Source of the DNA: a virus
Lineage: Duplodnaviria; Heunggongvirae; Uroviricota; Caudoviricetes
Reading direction: 5' to 3' (one strand)
IMG/VR virus record: IMGVR_UViG_3300020429_000539
Location: 172,263 to 236,262 of that record
DNA: 64,000 nt
Shown in pieces: positions 51,058 through 61,464 of the stretch (position 1 is its first letter; each line of letters opens with the position of its first letter). Both the position numbers and the translations under genes were made by a program. The notes under the pieces are model-generated. The model was not told where the DNA came from. It did no database searches and was given only the letters and a program-made list of their open reading frames with translations.

Positions 51058-53172
51058 ATGGCTTGGCCTGCAACAACATTGGGCAGATGGTCAGCGGCAG
51101 GACTGTCTTCTCTGACTGGAGTTACCGAACTTACAGACAACACTGGCAACGGATACCCGTTGCAGTTTGGAGGCACTGCGCCAACTTTAGGCACAGATGA
51201 CAACGGAAACGGTTATCTTATTTTTGCAGAAGATACAACAAGCGCCCTCACGACGCCTTCGCCCGGTTCGACGCCGTTCTTTGATGCTTCTCGATTTGAT
51301 CCTGCCGAGTCTTGGGCGCTTCTGCTGCTTGTGGACGTTCTTGATTGTAGTCAGTTAAAAACCGGCTCGCCCGACCGTGTATTCGGTACAAATGGAAACT
51401 TCCGTGGAGCGCTGCGACTTAATGATGAAGGAAGCGGAACTTATGACTGCATATGGCAGACAACAAACCACTTGCCCGCTACGGCTTTGGTTAATAATCA
51501 GTCTACGGACACTGGTTACCCAATACTAATATCTGTATGGTTTAATGGTTCAAACGCAACAAAGCTCACAACATACAGGACATTTCCTGCGTTCCGAGAA
51601 GGTCACTCTTCTCTTTCATTTTCATCAACTACTACAATTACGAATGATGCAGCGAGTTCGAACTGGCAAGGAGAGACGCTCGCACTAAATGAGAACCAGC
51701 ATGGTCTAAGGTTCTATTCTGCTGCGGTTTTGGCAAAAACGGGAGCAACCGAAGTTACTCAACAGCACGTTGACGATGCGGCTCTTGAAATGATGGCAGA
51801 CGGCTGGTTCGGTTCTTACGAAGGCATCGTTATTTGGGGTCCGGGCGATTCGTTGACTAATGTCCGAGAACAAACCAACGAAGCCAGAGTGCCGGGCTGG
51901 GCCGAACGAATACAATCTCAGTGGAAAAGCTCAAGGGTGCGAACCTTTGACCTTGCGAATGCCGGCGCTCGAATCAATCAGACTCCCACAATAGGAAGCT
52001 GGTGGGATACTGATGCCCGCGATTACGCGGAAGAACTTTGCCGTCTTATATCTCAGGCTTATCCGGTTACGTTTTGCTCTATGATAGGAACAAACGACGT
52101 AGGAGATATCGAGGCTGAAGATGCGAATGCAATTACAGTGTCCGAAATAGCAGACGAGATACGCGCAGCAGCAACTTTGCTAAAGGACGCGGGCACCGCA
52201 GCAAATATCACGGGTGTTTGGCTTGGAACCTGTCCCGATTGGCAAGGCGACACTCTGAGCCCCCTGACTGGCCGTGTAGCTGTCAATGAAAACATCCTTG
52301 CCACGCCGGGAAATTTTGACCATACCCTTGATGTGCTGACAGACGATGACACCTGGTTCTATGGCAACAACTTGTCTAGCGAAGATTCGTTGATGGATGA
52401 CAATACTCATCCGAATACAGCAGGCAACTTAGATATAACTAATCTATTTTATCCTGAACTATCCAATATCATATTCTCGTCTACATATTTACCGCTTACG
52501 GTTACAGCTTCGGCGGGTGGAAGTTCAATAATCGTAACTTATGATGCAAGCGTTTCGTGGAGCAGTGACCCATCGTTTACGGTTACTAAATCGGGCGGTC
52601 CTTCGATTACTGTTGACTCCATTTCAGGCACAGGAACCAACACGGTTACTCTCTCAATATCGGGCGCATCGCCTGCTTCGGGCGAAACATGGACAGTTGC
52701 TCTTGATAACTCAGATGGAGAACTAACAGATACAACTAGCGGCTCATATATGGCTAGCTTTGAGAGCTTTTCAGTTGCGATTAGTTCTTCCAATCCAACG
52801 CCAATATTAGCCCCACGGCCACAGCTTCGTCCTGACATTGCTCCTGTTTCTGTTCCTTCGCCAAACTTTCTTGTCAATGCGCAAGGATATACAACTAGAT
52901 CAATAGACCCCAACATTGAAGCAACGGTTGAACCGATAGTTATGCGAGGCCCGGTGACTATTAGCCTACCCGCAACGTCTTCTAATAACGAAATTCGCTA
53001 TACAACAAACAATCGTAACCCTACGAGCAAGAGCCTTTTGTATACAGGTCCAATATCTATAACTAGAAACCTCACCGGCAGCGATAATACTGTTATCAAG
53101 GCTCGTATATTTAACAAAAACAATCCTAATATCAAAAGTAGGATATCCAAGATTGTTGTTAAGGTATTCTAA
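51058..53172 (+). CDS. SGNH/GDSL hydrolase-domain protein with the same C-terminal module as 42388
   Basis: GDSLT, IGTNDV, DNTHPN; C-terminal EIRYTTNNRNP..TRNLTGSDNTVIKAR. Confidence 0.8.
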   Translation: MAWPATTLGRWSAAGLSSLTGVTELTDNTGNGYPLQFGGTAPTLGTDDNGNGYLIFAEDTTSALTTPSPGSTPFFDASRFDPAESWALLLLVDVLDCSQLKTGSPDRVFGTNGNFRGALRLNDEGSGTYDCIWQTTNHLPATALVNNQSTDTGYPILISVWFNGSNATKLTTYRTFPAFREGHSSLSFSSTTTITNDAASSNWQGETLALNENQHGLRFYSAAVLAKTGATEVTQQHVDDAALEMMADGWFGSYEGIVIWGPGDSLTNVREQTNEARVPGWAERIQSQWKSSRVRTFDLANAGARINQTPTIGSWWDTDARDYAEELCRLISQAYPVTFCSMIGTNDVGDIEAEDANAITVSEIADEIRAAATLLKDAGTAANITGVWLGTCPDWQGDTLSPLTGRVAVNENILATPGNFDHTLDVLTDDDTWFYGNNLSSEDSLMDDNTHPNTAGNLDITNLFYPELSNIIFSSTYLPLTVTASAGGSSIIVTYDASVSWSSDPSFTVTKSGGPSITVDSISGTGTNTVTLSISGASPASGETWTVALDNSDGELTDTTSGSYMASFESFSVAISSSNPTPILAPRPQLRPDIAPVSVPSPNFLVNAQGYTTRSIDPNIEATVEPIVMRGPVTISLPATSSNNEIRYTTNNRNPTSKSLLYTGPISITRNLTGSDNTVIKARIFNKNNPNIKSRISKIVVKVF

Positions 53173-54188
53173 TGAACTGGTATCAAATACTTAAGTTTGC
53201 TAGTTTTTGGGAAAGCGATTCGGACGGGTCGTTCGAGGATGAGTTGCGCAGGCTTTATGAGTTAGAATACAAATACAACATGATGCGACAGTTGCCTTTT
53301 AATGGCAGAGAAGAGCGTAGAGCTAATATACTTGCAAGACTAGAATCGGAGCTTGGGAATATTATTGTCTATCTCAAAAGCGTCATAGAGCCTGTGTTTA
53401 GCCAGTGGCTCGCGAATCACGCTATTCTAGACCCTCAGCAGTGGGCTGAAGCAAGGGTCAATGGTATCGATGAATACTACTTTGATACAGGTAACACAGA
53501 AGAAGCTTTTGGCTATTTTACAGGCGAGTTTATGGACCTAACCAATCAGCAGCCCAGAGGCTTCGGGGTTCCAAACTTAGATTGTTCGATGGTCGTTCAG
53601 TATCTCAATAACAATGCCAAAGAGTTCGAGCCTTTCATGAATATGGTGCGGAATGACCGCAGAGAAATGGAATACAACGACATCCAAAGCGAAATGTTCG
53701 ACACCGAAGAAGAGCGAGAAGCCGAGCTTGAATCAAGAACTGCAAGACTTGATGAGATGACCATAGGCGACTGGATTACTGATTTTTTCGGTAGCTCGTG
53801 CAGCGATATATCAGAAGCTATGGAGACTATATCCATTCATATTCCGCTTCGCAATATCATGGTTGCCTTGTATCGCGATATTTTGTTCCCGATGTGGATG
53901 GACAGATGGAGGCCGCAAGGCATTGAGGATACACGAAAAGCTATCGAGGATATATATGCTCGTCTTCAGAATATTGAGAACCAAAGTATCGCCGAGGCAA
54001 CCGCGACCATTAACCTTGCTCTCCATGCATCGCATCAAACAGGCGATATGACAGACTATCTTCAAGAACATGAAGATGTTGACTGGGATATCAAATCGGT
54101 TCTCGATGAACTAACCGCCACAGACACAGAGGAAATTCGTAAATGGATGCAGGATCTTAAATCTGTCGGAGTGGAGATTGCAGCATGA
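53172..54188 (+). CDS. hypothetical protein with MNWY leader
   Basis: MNWYQILKFAS. Confidence 0.85.
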   Translation: MNWYQILKFASFWESDSDGSFEDELRRLYELEYKYNMMRQLPFNGREERRANILARLESELGNIIVYLKSVIEPVFSQWLANHAILDPQQWAEARVNGIDEYYFDTGNTEEAFGYFTGEFMDLTNQQPRGFGVPNLDCSMVVQYLNNNAKEFEPFMNMVRNDRREMEYNDIQSEMFDTEEEREAELESRTARLDEMTIGDWITDFFGSSCSDISEAMETISIHIPLRNIMVALYRDILFPMWMDRWRPQGIEDTRKAIEDIYARLQNIENQSIAEATATINLALHASHQTGDMTDYLQEHEDVDWDIKSVLDELTATDTEEIRKWMQDLKSVGVEIAA

Positions 54189-55105
54189 ACTGGTATAGAA
54201 TATTAACAGCTAGAGTCAAGAAGATTGCATCGGTCACGTTCTTTGTGAATGATTCGCATAAAATTGCTCAACCCAAAGACCTTCTTGGTCTTAGTTCTGA
54301 GTTGGCAAACTTCTTTTACTACAACTCGAAAAGTAATGAGCCGAAGCGGGCAGCGCCTACCATGAACGACATTGTTCCCGATACTTCTCACTCGGATTTT
54401 GATGGACATACAGGCACTATCAACGTGTATCCAAATCCACGCAAAATAGGCCCTCAAAACATGGACTGGCAGAAAGTCTACGAACTCAGTCCAGAAGAAC
54501 TTCGTGCGTCAGGTGGAGAATACTATGAAAACTCTCTCACAGATATGATGCCCGTTATTGATGAATGGATTCAAAACAAACAAGACGAGGGATACGCCAT
54601 CTCAAAGAGGATGGACAAGTCTAACATGACCGATGGGCCAGTTCTTAGGCTTGATATCAAGGATAATCCAAGCGCTGAATATCCTGAAATACCTGAAGTC
54701 AATTTGTCTAATATCAATGCGTATGCCATGTTCCGTATGCTAGGCTTGCCGCAAGAGCCATCTGGTTCCGTCAATGCCCAGGCGCTAAAAACTCGTATTG
54801 AGCAAGTTTCTCGCGAAGAAATGGAAAAAGAGATTCAGCCTTCTGGATGGGTTACTCCACCTGAAGACACAGGCGATCAGAACGCCGAAGACGATGCCTA
54901 TGAGAGCGTGTTTGGTGGAGACCACACTAGAGACCCATGGGAAACGCCAGAGCCCATACCTGTTCAACCTAATCAGCCTGAAGGTCAAATGGGCATGTAC
55001 ATGCAAGGAAGAGATGAGGCCTATATAGACCGTAGACTTCAAGACTTGTATCGAATCGCAGATTTTGCTGTTGAGCATGGTTTTCAGGAGATTGCATGGG
55101 CATGA
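54185..55105 (+). CDS. hypothetical protein with MNWY leader
   Basis: MNWYRILTARVKKIAS. Confidence 0.85.
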   Translation: MNWYRILTARVKKIASVTFFVNDSHKIAQPKDLLGLSSELANFFYYNSKSNEPKRAAPTMNDIVPDTSHSDFDGHTGTINVYPNPRKIGPQNMDWQKVYELSPEELRASGGEYYENSLTDMMPVIDEWIQNKQDEGYAISKRMDKSNMTDGPVLRLDIKDNPSAEYPEIPEVNLSNINAYAMFRMLGLPQEPSGSVNAQALKTRIEQVSREEMEKEIQPSGWVTPPEDTGDQNAEDDAYESVFGGDHTRDPWETPEPIPVQPNQPEGQMGMYMQGRDEAYIDRRLQDLYRIADFAVEHGFQEIAWA

Positions 55106-55716
55106 GTTGGTACAGAAGAATACAAGCGGCTACTTTGCCCATGAGAGACCTAGGCAAAGCTATACGTGAAACCTTGAAAAATATGATACCCGGAGTTTCT
55201 CAGGTTTATCTAGACTATGTTTTTGTTAATCAAAATCCTGGCGAACCAAGAAGAACAGTCCTTGAAGGCAAGGCTCCCTTTTTTAGTGCTAGGTTTCCAA
55301 TTATGTATGTCATATTTGTTCATGCCACCTATAATTATGGAACTGAAACCTTTGAAACAGATAGTGCGTCAGAAGGTATCACGTATACTGTTGGCTTTGG
55401 CATTAATATGGAGTGGACGCTAGCTGCTCTTGATAGCAGACCTCATTACAAAGAAAAGATACTATCTCTCGTTGATAAAATGAGAATAGGTAAGTTTAGT
55501 TCAGCAGACCTAATACACGAAGGCGAATATAGGTCTATTTATGAAGCGTCTACTAAAGCCGTAGAGTTTATGAACTATTTTGAATCTCTAATTGACCGAG
55601 GCGGCGATGGAGAGGATGATACTGAGCATGACCCCTGGTTCCCAGGCGACCCCGCTGCGGATTGGGAGTTTGAGCAAGAAGAACAGTCCATGATTCCTAA
55701 GAGCAGCTATTTATGA
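55102..55716 (+). CDS. hypothetical protein with MSWY leader
   Basis: MSWYRRIQAA. Confidence 0.8.
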   Translation: MSWYRRIQAATLPMRDLGKAIRETLKNMIPGVSQVYLDYVFVNQNPGEPRRTVLEGKAPFFSARFPIMYVIFVHATYNYGTETFETDSASEGITYTVGFGINMEWTLAALDSRPHYKEKILSLVDKMRIGKFSSADLIHEGEYRSIYEASTKAVEFMNYFESLIDRGGDGEDDTEHDPWFPGDPAADWEFEQEEQSMIPKSSYL

Positions 55717-56390
55717 ACTGGTATCGTAGACTAAAACTTGCACAGATTCATGGCGAATGGTGGATAGACGATTCGGGTTCTGCTATGTACGCAGACGGAG
55801 ATGTCGGTGACGCCAATCACGAAACGCACGTTATTGACGCTGTGCTACATAAATATCTTGATATTCCAGAGTTTACAGATGCAAACAGTAACGAGTTTAT
55901 CGATGGGTATATACAAGAAAACTGGGAAGAGGTTGTAGAATGGATGATAAACGTTGAGGGTCTTATCAGCGAAGACGAGAGGCAACTCGCCTATGCTGGC
56001 GCGCAGAACGAATCGCCAAGCAATCCAGGAGAAAACTTCTTTGAGTTAGCATCAAATAACATGGCGCTTTCTGATATCCTCAAGATGAACGGAGCCTCCG
56101 ATGAGGAGGCTAATATCGCTATAGGACAAGGCGATGTCAGGTTATACGCTGCCAAAAACTGGGGATGGGTAAGGGTTCAAGGAAGAGAAGTTGAAGCTTT
56201 TAGGTTAACTTCAGATGTCATAAGAAGAATAGCAAACGGCCTTTATGATGCCTATGGAGAAGACGCCGAATCAGCAACATACAACGTGTTTTCATACGAA
56301 AACAAAAAGTGGTTCAATGACGTACCCTTCCATATTCTAGAATCAGGCAATCCGGCTGCTTTGAGGCAGTATCAGTTCGTGGGGTGGTAA
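55713..56390 (+). CDS. hypothetical protein with MNWY leader
   Basis: MNWYRRLKLAQ. Confidence 0.85.
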   Translation: MNWYRRLKLAQIHGEWWIDDSGSAMYADGDVGDANHETHVIDAVLHKYLDIPEFTDANSNEFIDGYIQENWEEVVEWMINVEGLISEDERQLAYAGAQNESPSNPGENFFELASNNMALSDILKMNGASDEEANIAIGQGDVRLYAAKNWGWVRVQGREVEAFRLTSDVIRRIANGLYDAYGEDAESATYNVFSYENKKWFNDVPFHILESGNPAALRQYQFVGW

Positions 56391-56393
56391 AAA

Positions 56394-56603
56394 ATGAACT
56401 GGTATAAGAAAGCTCAGTTTGGCTTAGCTGTAATCAATGTAGATAAACCTCACAAGAACAAGATTAATCTACATCTCAATCGTGCAATGCGAGATGTCAG
56501 TAGCGTTCTTAGTAAATCACGAGACGAAGACGACCGCAAAAAACTCAGGCACGCTCTTGAGCAAATCGGACAGGCTCAAAGGAAAATAGACTTTGCGATA
56601 TGA
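56394..56603 (+). CDS. small protein with MNWY leader
   Basis: MNWYKKAQ. Confidence 0.8.
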   Translation: MNWYKKAQFGLAVINVDKPHKNKINLHLNRAMRDVSSVLSKSRDEDDRKKLRHALEQIGQAQRKIDFAI

Positions 56604-58630
56604 GATATCTACTAATAGGCAATGGACCATCTGTTCTAGACCAAGAACTAGGTACTGTCATAGATGATTTTGACGGCCTTGTTGTTCGTTTCAACGATTA
56701 TAGAACAAATGGGTGGGAGAGATATGTTGGGTCACGTACTGATGTTTGGTGGACCACAATCTTTTATCCTCATCCTCAAAAACTCAATGCTACGTATCGT
56801 GAGGTTTCCTTTGTTTCGATGAAGTCCGGTGCGCGTAGAAACGATTACGAGTCTCTCAAAGAGCATTTTCCTTCTCTGAACTGGATTGTCAAACACAAGG
56901 TCTTTGAGGAAATCGGAGAGCAGTTCAGGCACTTATCCGAAAGCGAAGCTTCTTCTACGGGCGCGGTTTGCGCCGCTTACCTGCTTGCCCAGGGTCATGA
57001 AGTATGGCTTCATGGCTTTGACTGTTTTGACCCAAATACTCTACACCATTACTATTTTACTGCTAACGCATTCAATGATAACCAGAAGAAAATATGTTCT
57101 CATAATCATGAATATGAGAAAAAGTTCTTTGACAATATACGACTGTCTGATAAAGTCTTTGACTTAGATAATAAGGCTCCTCAAGAAACTATAGAAGTAC
57201 CTAAAAAAATAGAAGTAGATTCAGTCCCCTTTTTCCGAGGAACAGGGCAGCACTTTTTGCTCATCGGTAATGGCCCTTCTGCTGTTCATAAAAAAGCAGG
57301 CGAACTTATAGATAGTTTTGATGGCACAATAGTTAGATTTAACAACTATCATATTGATGGATACGAAGATTTTGTAGGCACAAGAACAGATGTATGGGCA
57401 ACATGCAAAGAGATTAGCAAACCTACTAAAGCCAAACTAATTCTGTATCTGACTACTGAAAAAGCTAATTTAGAAAAACTTGCCTACAGAAGACTAAAGA
57501 AGATGTATCCCAAGAAAATGATACTTCCAATTGTCAAAGAACAGATTGCCTCGATGTCAAAAGATAAGAGTAACTTGTTTGATGAGAATGGAGCAAACTC
57601 TTCGGGAGCATATGTTGCAAACCTTCTAACAGGTCTTGGTCATAAGGTTCATCTTTACGGATTTGACCACTTTAGCAAGACGGTTCACCATTATGGCGAT
57701 GGAGTCCCCCTTATCTCACAGCACAACGAGGAGCGTGAGAGAAAGCTTTTTGATTCGCTTGAAAAGGAGGGCAGGGTCGTCCGCTTTGCCACCCATTTAC
57801 CCAAAGAAAGAATCCATCCTTTAGTCCACACGATTATTCCTAAATCTCTTGAAAAAGAAGATAAGGTAAAGAACATATTTGGCAATCATCACGTAGTAGA
57901 ATCAACTGACCAGTCTATTGAGTTACATGACAAACTCAGAAATGAAGGTAAAGAAGTTTGGATTTTTGGACAAACTGATGTTCCTTATTTTTTAGACTTA
58001 GCTATGACAAATGACTGTTTTTTCTATAAATACTTTACTACATACTTTGATATACCATCAAAAAGAACCATTCCTAATAGCTACAAGTTTCAGTATTGGC
58101 ATTCCTATGTGGCAGACAAGTGCGAGAACAAAAGCGTCCTGCTCGTGGGAAAAGGCTTGTCTCATGCCAAGCAAACTTTTGAGCAATATGGAGTATCTCA
58201 GGTCGAAACATGCGACCCCTATAAGGGTAACTCTCTGCTTGACTACAAGAGAAAAAGTTTTGACGTAGTGGTTTCAATAGGCTTTCCAAGCTATTTGTGT
58301 AATGACTTATTGATTCGGGATTATGGCTACAAAATAGCTCGATACGCCGTGTATATTGGATGCTATAACTCATGCTCTATGGAGATACCTATAGAGAACA
58401 AAGCAAGGCTTTTATCAGGAAGCAGGTTTTGGAATGCATGGTACCTAGATGAGCTTTGGTCCGGCAGAGCTTATGACGCCTTTGATGCCAGGCCTCATTT
58501 AGAGCGAAAAACACAAGGCGTTTTTTCTCATGCCTCTAATGTCTATTTAGAAAAAGGCCTCGGCAATCTCAGAGAGTATGACGGCAAGCCGTATGACCCA
58601 GAGTTTTGGCTAGGTGTTCGTTACGTATAA
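56600..58630 (+). CDS. tandem GT29 (sialyltransferase-like) glycosyltransferase with C-terminal extra domain
   Basis: Two copies of LIGNGPS...ID.FD..VVRFN.Y...G.E..VG.RTDVW and S[ST]G...LL..G..V.L.GFD.F...HHY...H..E. Confidence 0.85.
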   Translation: MRYLLIGNGPSVLDQELGTVIDDFDGLVVRFNDYRTNGWERYVGSRTDVWWTTIFYPHPQKLNATYREVSFVSMKSGARRNDYESLKEHFPSLNWIVKHKVFEEIGEQFRHLSESEASSTGAVCAAYLLAQGHEVWLHGFDCFDPNTLHHYYFTANAFNDNQKKICSHNHEYEKKFFDNIRLSDKVFDLDNKAPQETIEVPKKIEVDSVPFFRGTGQHFLLIGNGPSAVHKKAGELIDSFDGTIVRFNNYHIDGYEDFVGTRTDVWATCKEISKPTKAKLILYLTTEKANLEKLAYRRLKKMYPKKMILPIVKEQIASMSKDKSNLFDENGANSSGAYVANLLTGLGHKVHLYGFDHFSKTVHHYGDGVPLISQHNEERERKLFDSLEKEGRVVRFATHLPKERIHPLVHTIIPKSLEKEDKVKNIFGNHHVVESTDQSIELHDKLRNEGKEVWIFGQTDVPYFLDLAMTNDCFFYKYFTTYFDIPSKRTIPNSYKFQYWHSYVADKCENKSVLLVGKGLSHAKQTFEQYGVSQVETCDPYKGNSLLDYKRKSFDVVVSIGFPSYLCNDLLIRDYGYKIARYAVYIGCYNSCSMEIPIENKARLLSGSRFWNAWYLDELWSGRAYDAFDARPHLERKTQGVFSHASNVYLEKGLGNLREYDGKPYDPEFWLGVRYV

Positions 58631-58834
58631 AAAACAACCCCGCCCATCGTCTGGCGGGGTTGCCCCTCCGAAGAGGTAGCGGGAAGAATGAGACGGCGTG
58701 AGCCGCCTTCATTCTTATTATCGTCTTTGCTACCGTTTTCCTTTACTACGATTATTCTCTCAACATTGAAAGGTCTGGCAAGTGCTGCCAGAGTAGTACA
58801 ATTATCCTCTAACCACCTATATAGGAGACTGATA

Positions 58835-60133
58835 ATGTCTAGAGACTTTATTGTATACCTTGAACGGCGGCCTGATTTGCTGTCTGAAATGCTCGAACTT
58901 CTTGAGCCATACATTCAGTTTGACCTTTTTGAGCCACCCGAAAACAACGATGTCCGCTTCTTTGCATGGAGCGGCGGACCCGAGGACGACCACTGGCATA
59001 TAACTTTTGATTGGATAAGAAACAACTCTCAATGGCACCCGCCCGTTCAAGAAGCAGAACAAGCCGCTGAGCGGTTCGCGACCATGAAAGAGGGCGACAG
59101 ATGTCTGTTTATTTGGAAACCCAATGACAGCTACGGCTATGAGCCCGCCATAAGCAGCAGCGAACTATACAAGATGTTAACTAAAGGTCCAGACTTTAGC
59201 TCTAAAGCTTGGTTTATCGAATTCTTTGCTCATCTCAAAGAGCTTGGCGGACAACCAGATATCATTGTTTTAGACTACGAAGGTGGGCCTGTTCTTTGGA
59301 ACCTTGATGACGACACCAAGGCTGAGCAGATGAGACTTATTCTTGAAGAACCTGAAGCTCTAAAGAAGTTGCCTCCTATTTTTCGCAATATAGAACCCGA
59401 TGATATTCGTGTCGGCGCGGGTTCTCTTCGCAACGCGCTCCATAACGAATGGCAATCGTGGGCAAGGCCATTCATCGCGGATACGATGAAAAAGCTCATA
59501 TATGATGCCTACTTTGAGATTTATGGTAAAGAGATTCCTTTTTCTAACTATGGGTCTCAAGAGGTTTCTTTCCCAATCCGTCTTCAAAACGGGTTTATCC
59601 GTGATTACTCATCTTCTGAAACTGGATACTCTGCTCCTGTAAACTATATGCTTTCTCGCGAGCATAACTGGCGCGAAAAGGTAGTAGCGTGGCGGAACGG
59701 CGAGAGAAAGCATCCTCGTTGGGGCGTCTTTATCGACCGCATCAATAAAAACCGCTCAGCAGCAAATGTCAATGGAGGCAACCGTGTAATGCCTTGGATT
59801 GCCCCTCTTGGCTACCAACATCTGCACGATAAATACAACCTTGCTCCTGATTTCTTAGATGTTGAACTGCTTAAGCATTGCATTGCTATAGGCTGCAACA
59901 AGTTTCATTACTGGAATCCTGGCCCTCCATCTCAGTTTCCTGACAATATCCGACAGAGAAGCGATGTTATTTATGCTGAAACTATTGAGTTCATGAAGAA
60001 CTTTTCGCTACAAGAAAGGGCGGGCGACTTTAAATCTATTGACAGAGACGCAGACGTTGTAGACACGCTTGGTCTTAGGACTACTTATGAAGAGTTTGAG
60101 GCCACAGGCATTGACCCGAGAGACTTTGGCTGA
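58835..60133 (+). CDS. hypothetical protein, possible glycoside-hydrolase-like
   Basis: SD AGGAG; IIVLDYEG; 432 aa. Confidence 0.7.
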   Translation: MSRDFIVYLERRPDLLSEMLELLEPYIQFDLFEPPENNDVRFFAWSGGPEDDHWHITFDWIRNNSQWHPPVQEAEQAAERFATMKEGDRCLFIWKPNDSYGYEPAISSSELYKMLTKGPDFSSKAWFIEFFAHLKELGGQPDIIVLDYEGGPVLWNLDDDTKAEQMRLILEEPEALKKLPPIFRNIEPDDIRVGAGSLRNALHNEWQSWARPFIADTMKKLIYDAYFEIYGKEIPFSNYGSQEVSFPIRLQNGFIRDYSSSETGYSAPVNYMLSREHNWREKVVAWRNGERKHPRWGVFIDRINKNRSAANVNGGNRVMPWIAPLGYQHLHDKYNLAPDFLDVELLKHCIAIGCNKFHYWNPGPPSQFPDNIRQRSDVIYAETIEFMKNFSLQERAGDFKSIDRDADVVDTLGLRTTYEEFEATGIDPRDFG

Positions 60134-60152
60134 TAGAGCCGATACATAGGGT

Positions 60153-60923
60153 ATGTCGTTTATACCCAAGGTCTTTCATCAAATCTGGATAGGGACTGAA
60201 GACACAATTCCTGTAAGCTACAAAGTCCTCAGGGACCACACTCTAAACTTGCATCCTGATTGGGATTACAGGTTGTGGCTTCCTGAGGACTTTTTGCCTC
60301 TTATTAATCAGGACTCATACGACCTATACAAAGCTGCGATGTATCGAGCAGATATCGCCAGGTATGAGATTATGGCGATCAACGGCGGAGTCTACCTTGA
60401 TTGGGACTTCTATATTTTCCGCAATATTGAGCCGCTCATCCGTGAGACGGATAACTTTGTTATCTCGGAACCAATGGATTTGCCCGTGAACTCGATATTC
60501 GGTCTAAGCCCAAATCACTGGTTTGCTTGGCGGCTTGTCCGTGAGCTTCGCTCTAACGCGATTACGGAGCGAACACGGTTGATGGGTGGCGCAAAGAATC
60601 CTCTTCACGGCGTCGGCGCTCGTTATTTTAGCAAACAGGTTCTTGAATGCGAAGACCGTCTCAATATTTTACCTCGTTCGATTTTCACGCCGTATGCTTA
60701 TTCTTATTTCAAATGTGGAAACTGGGACTATAAAACAGTTCGTGGCGGTTACGGAATCCATCTTTGGAATTCTAATTCTACGCCAACTATATTCAATGAT
60801 TTTGTTCGCCGTCTTGACGAAAGCCAGAACTATACAGAAGAACTTGACGCTGAGGCTCGCTTGCTAGAAGAAGAGGCGGCTGTCAAGAAGCAGCTAGAAC
60901 TTAGAAAAGATGAACATGAATAG
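60153..60923 (+). CDS. GT32 (DxD sugar-binding, OCH1/SUR1-like) glycosyltransferase
   Basis: IPKVFHQIW, HPDWDYRLW, ADIARYE..GGVYLDWD. Confidence 0.9.
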   Translation: MSFIPKVFHQIWIGTEDTIPVSYKVLRDHTLNLHPDWDYRLWLPEDFLPLINQDSYDLYKAAMYRADIARYEIMAINGGVYLDWDFYIFRNIEPLIRETDNFVISEPMDLPVNSIFGLSPNHWFAWRLVRELRSNAITERTRLMGGAKNPLHGVGARYFSKQVLECEDRLNILPRSIFTPYAYSYFKCGNWDYKTVRGGYGIHLWNSNSTPTIFNDFVRRLDESQNYTEELDAEARLLEEEAAVKKQLELRKDEHE

Positions 60924-61464
60924 CATACCTAAAATCATTCATATCTATGAAAAGAGTGGGAAGATGCCCGAGTATGCTCAGAGGGCTGCTATTTTGCATC
61001 CAGAGTGGGAAATAATGGTCTGGAACGATTTCAGTTCTTTTGAGGCTGTCAACTGTCATCTTGTCAACGAAAAAATGCAAAACAGGCACATGCTGTCTTT
61101 GATGAAAATGGAGATTCTCTGCTACCACGGAGGGCTATGGCTTGGCGATTCAATCATGCTTACAAAACCTGTTGATAGCCTAATAGAGAACACAGATCAT
61201 ATCTTGCTCGATGCACCACGACATAGGATTGACCCTGATTTTATGGCATTCAAGCCTAACCATCGCATTGTCTGGCAATATCTATGGAAGATACAGTCGA
61301 GGTTTTTTAGTTTGCAAGATGAGGAGTGGGCATTTGACCCTGCTTTCATTCGAGAGCTAGCCGATGATTTCATACGTTACCCTCTTATACTTCCTGCGGA
61401 TTGCTTCTCTAGGAACGATTACACAGCTTCGATGGCATGTTTTGGCCAGAAAGTTTCATCATGA
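60910..61464 (+). CDS. degenerate GT32 glycosyltransferase
   Basis: IPKIIHIY, HPEW, GGLWLGDS (DxD altered). Confidence 0.75.
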   Translation: MNMNSIPKIIHIYEKSGKMPEYAQRAAILHPEWEIMVWNDFSSFEAVNCHLVNEKMQNRHMLSLMKMEILCYHGGLWLGDSIMLTKPVDSLIENTDHILLDAPRHRIDPDFMAFKPNHRIVWQYLWKIQSRFFSLQDEEWAFDPAFIRELADDFIRYPLILPADCFSRNDYTASMACFGQKVSS

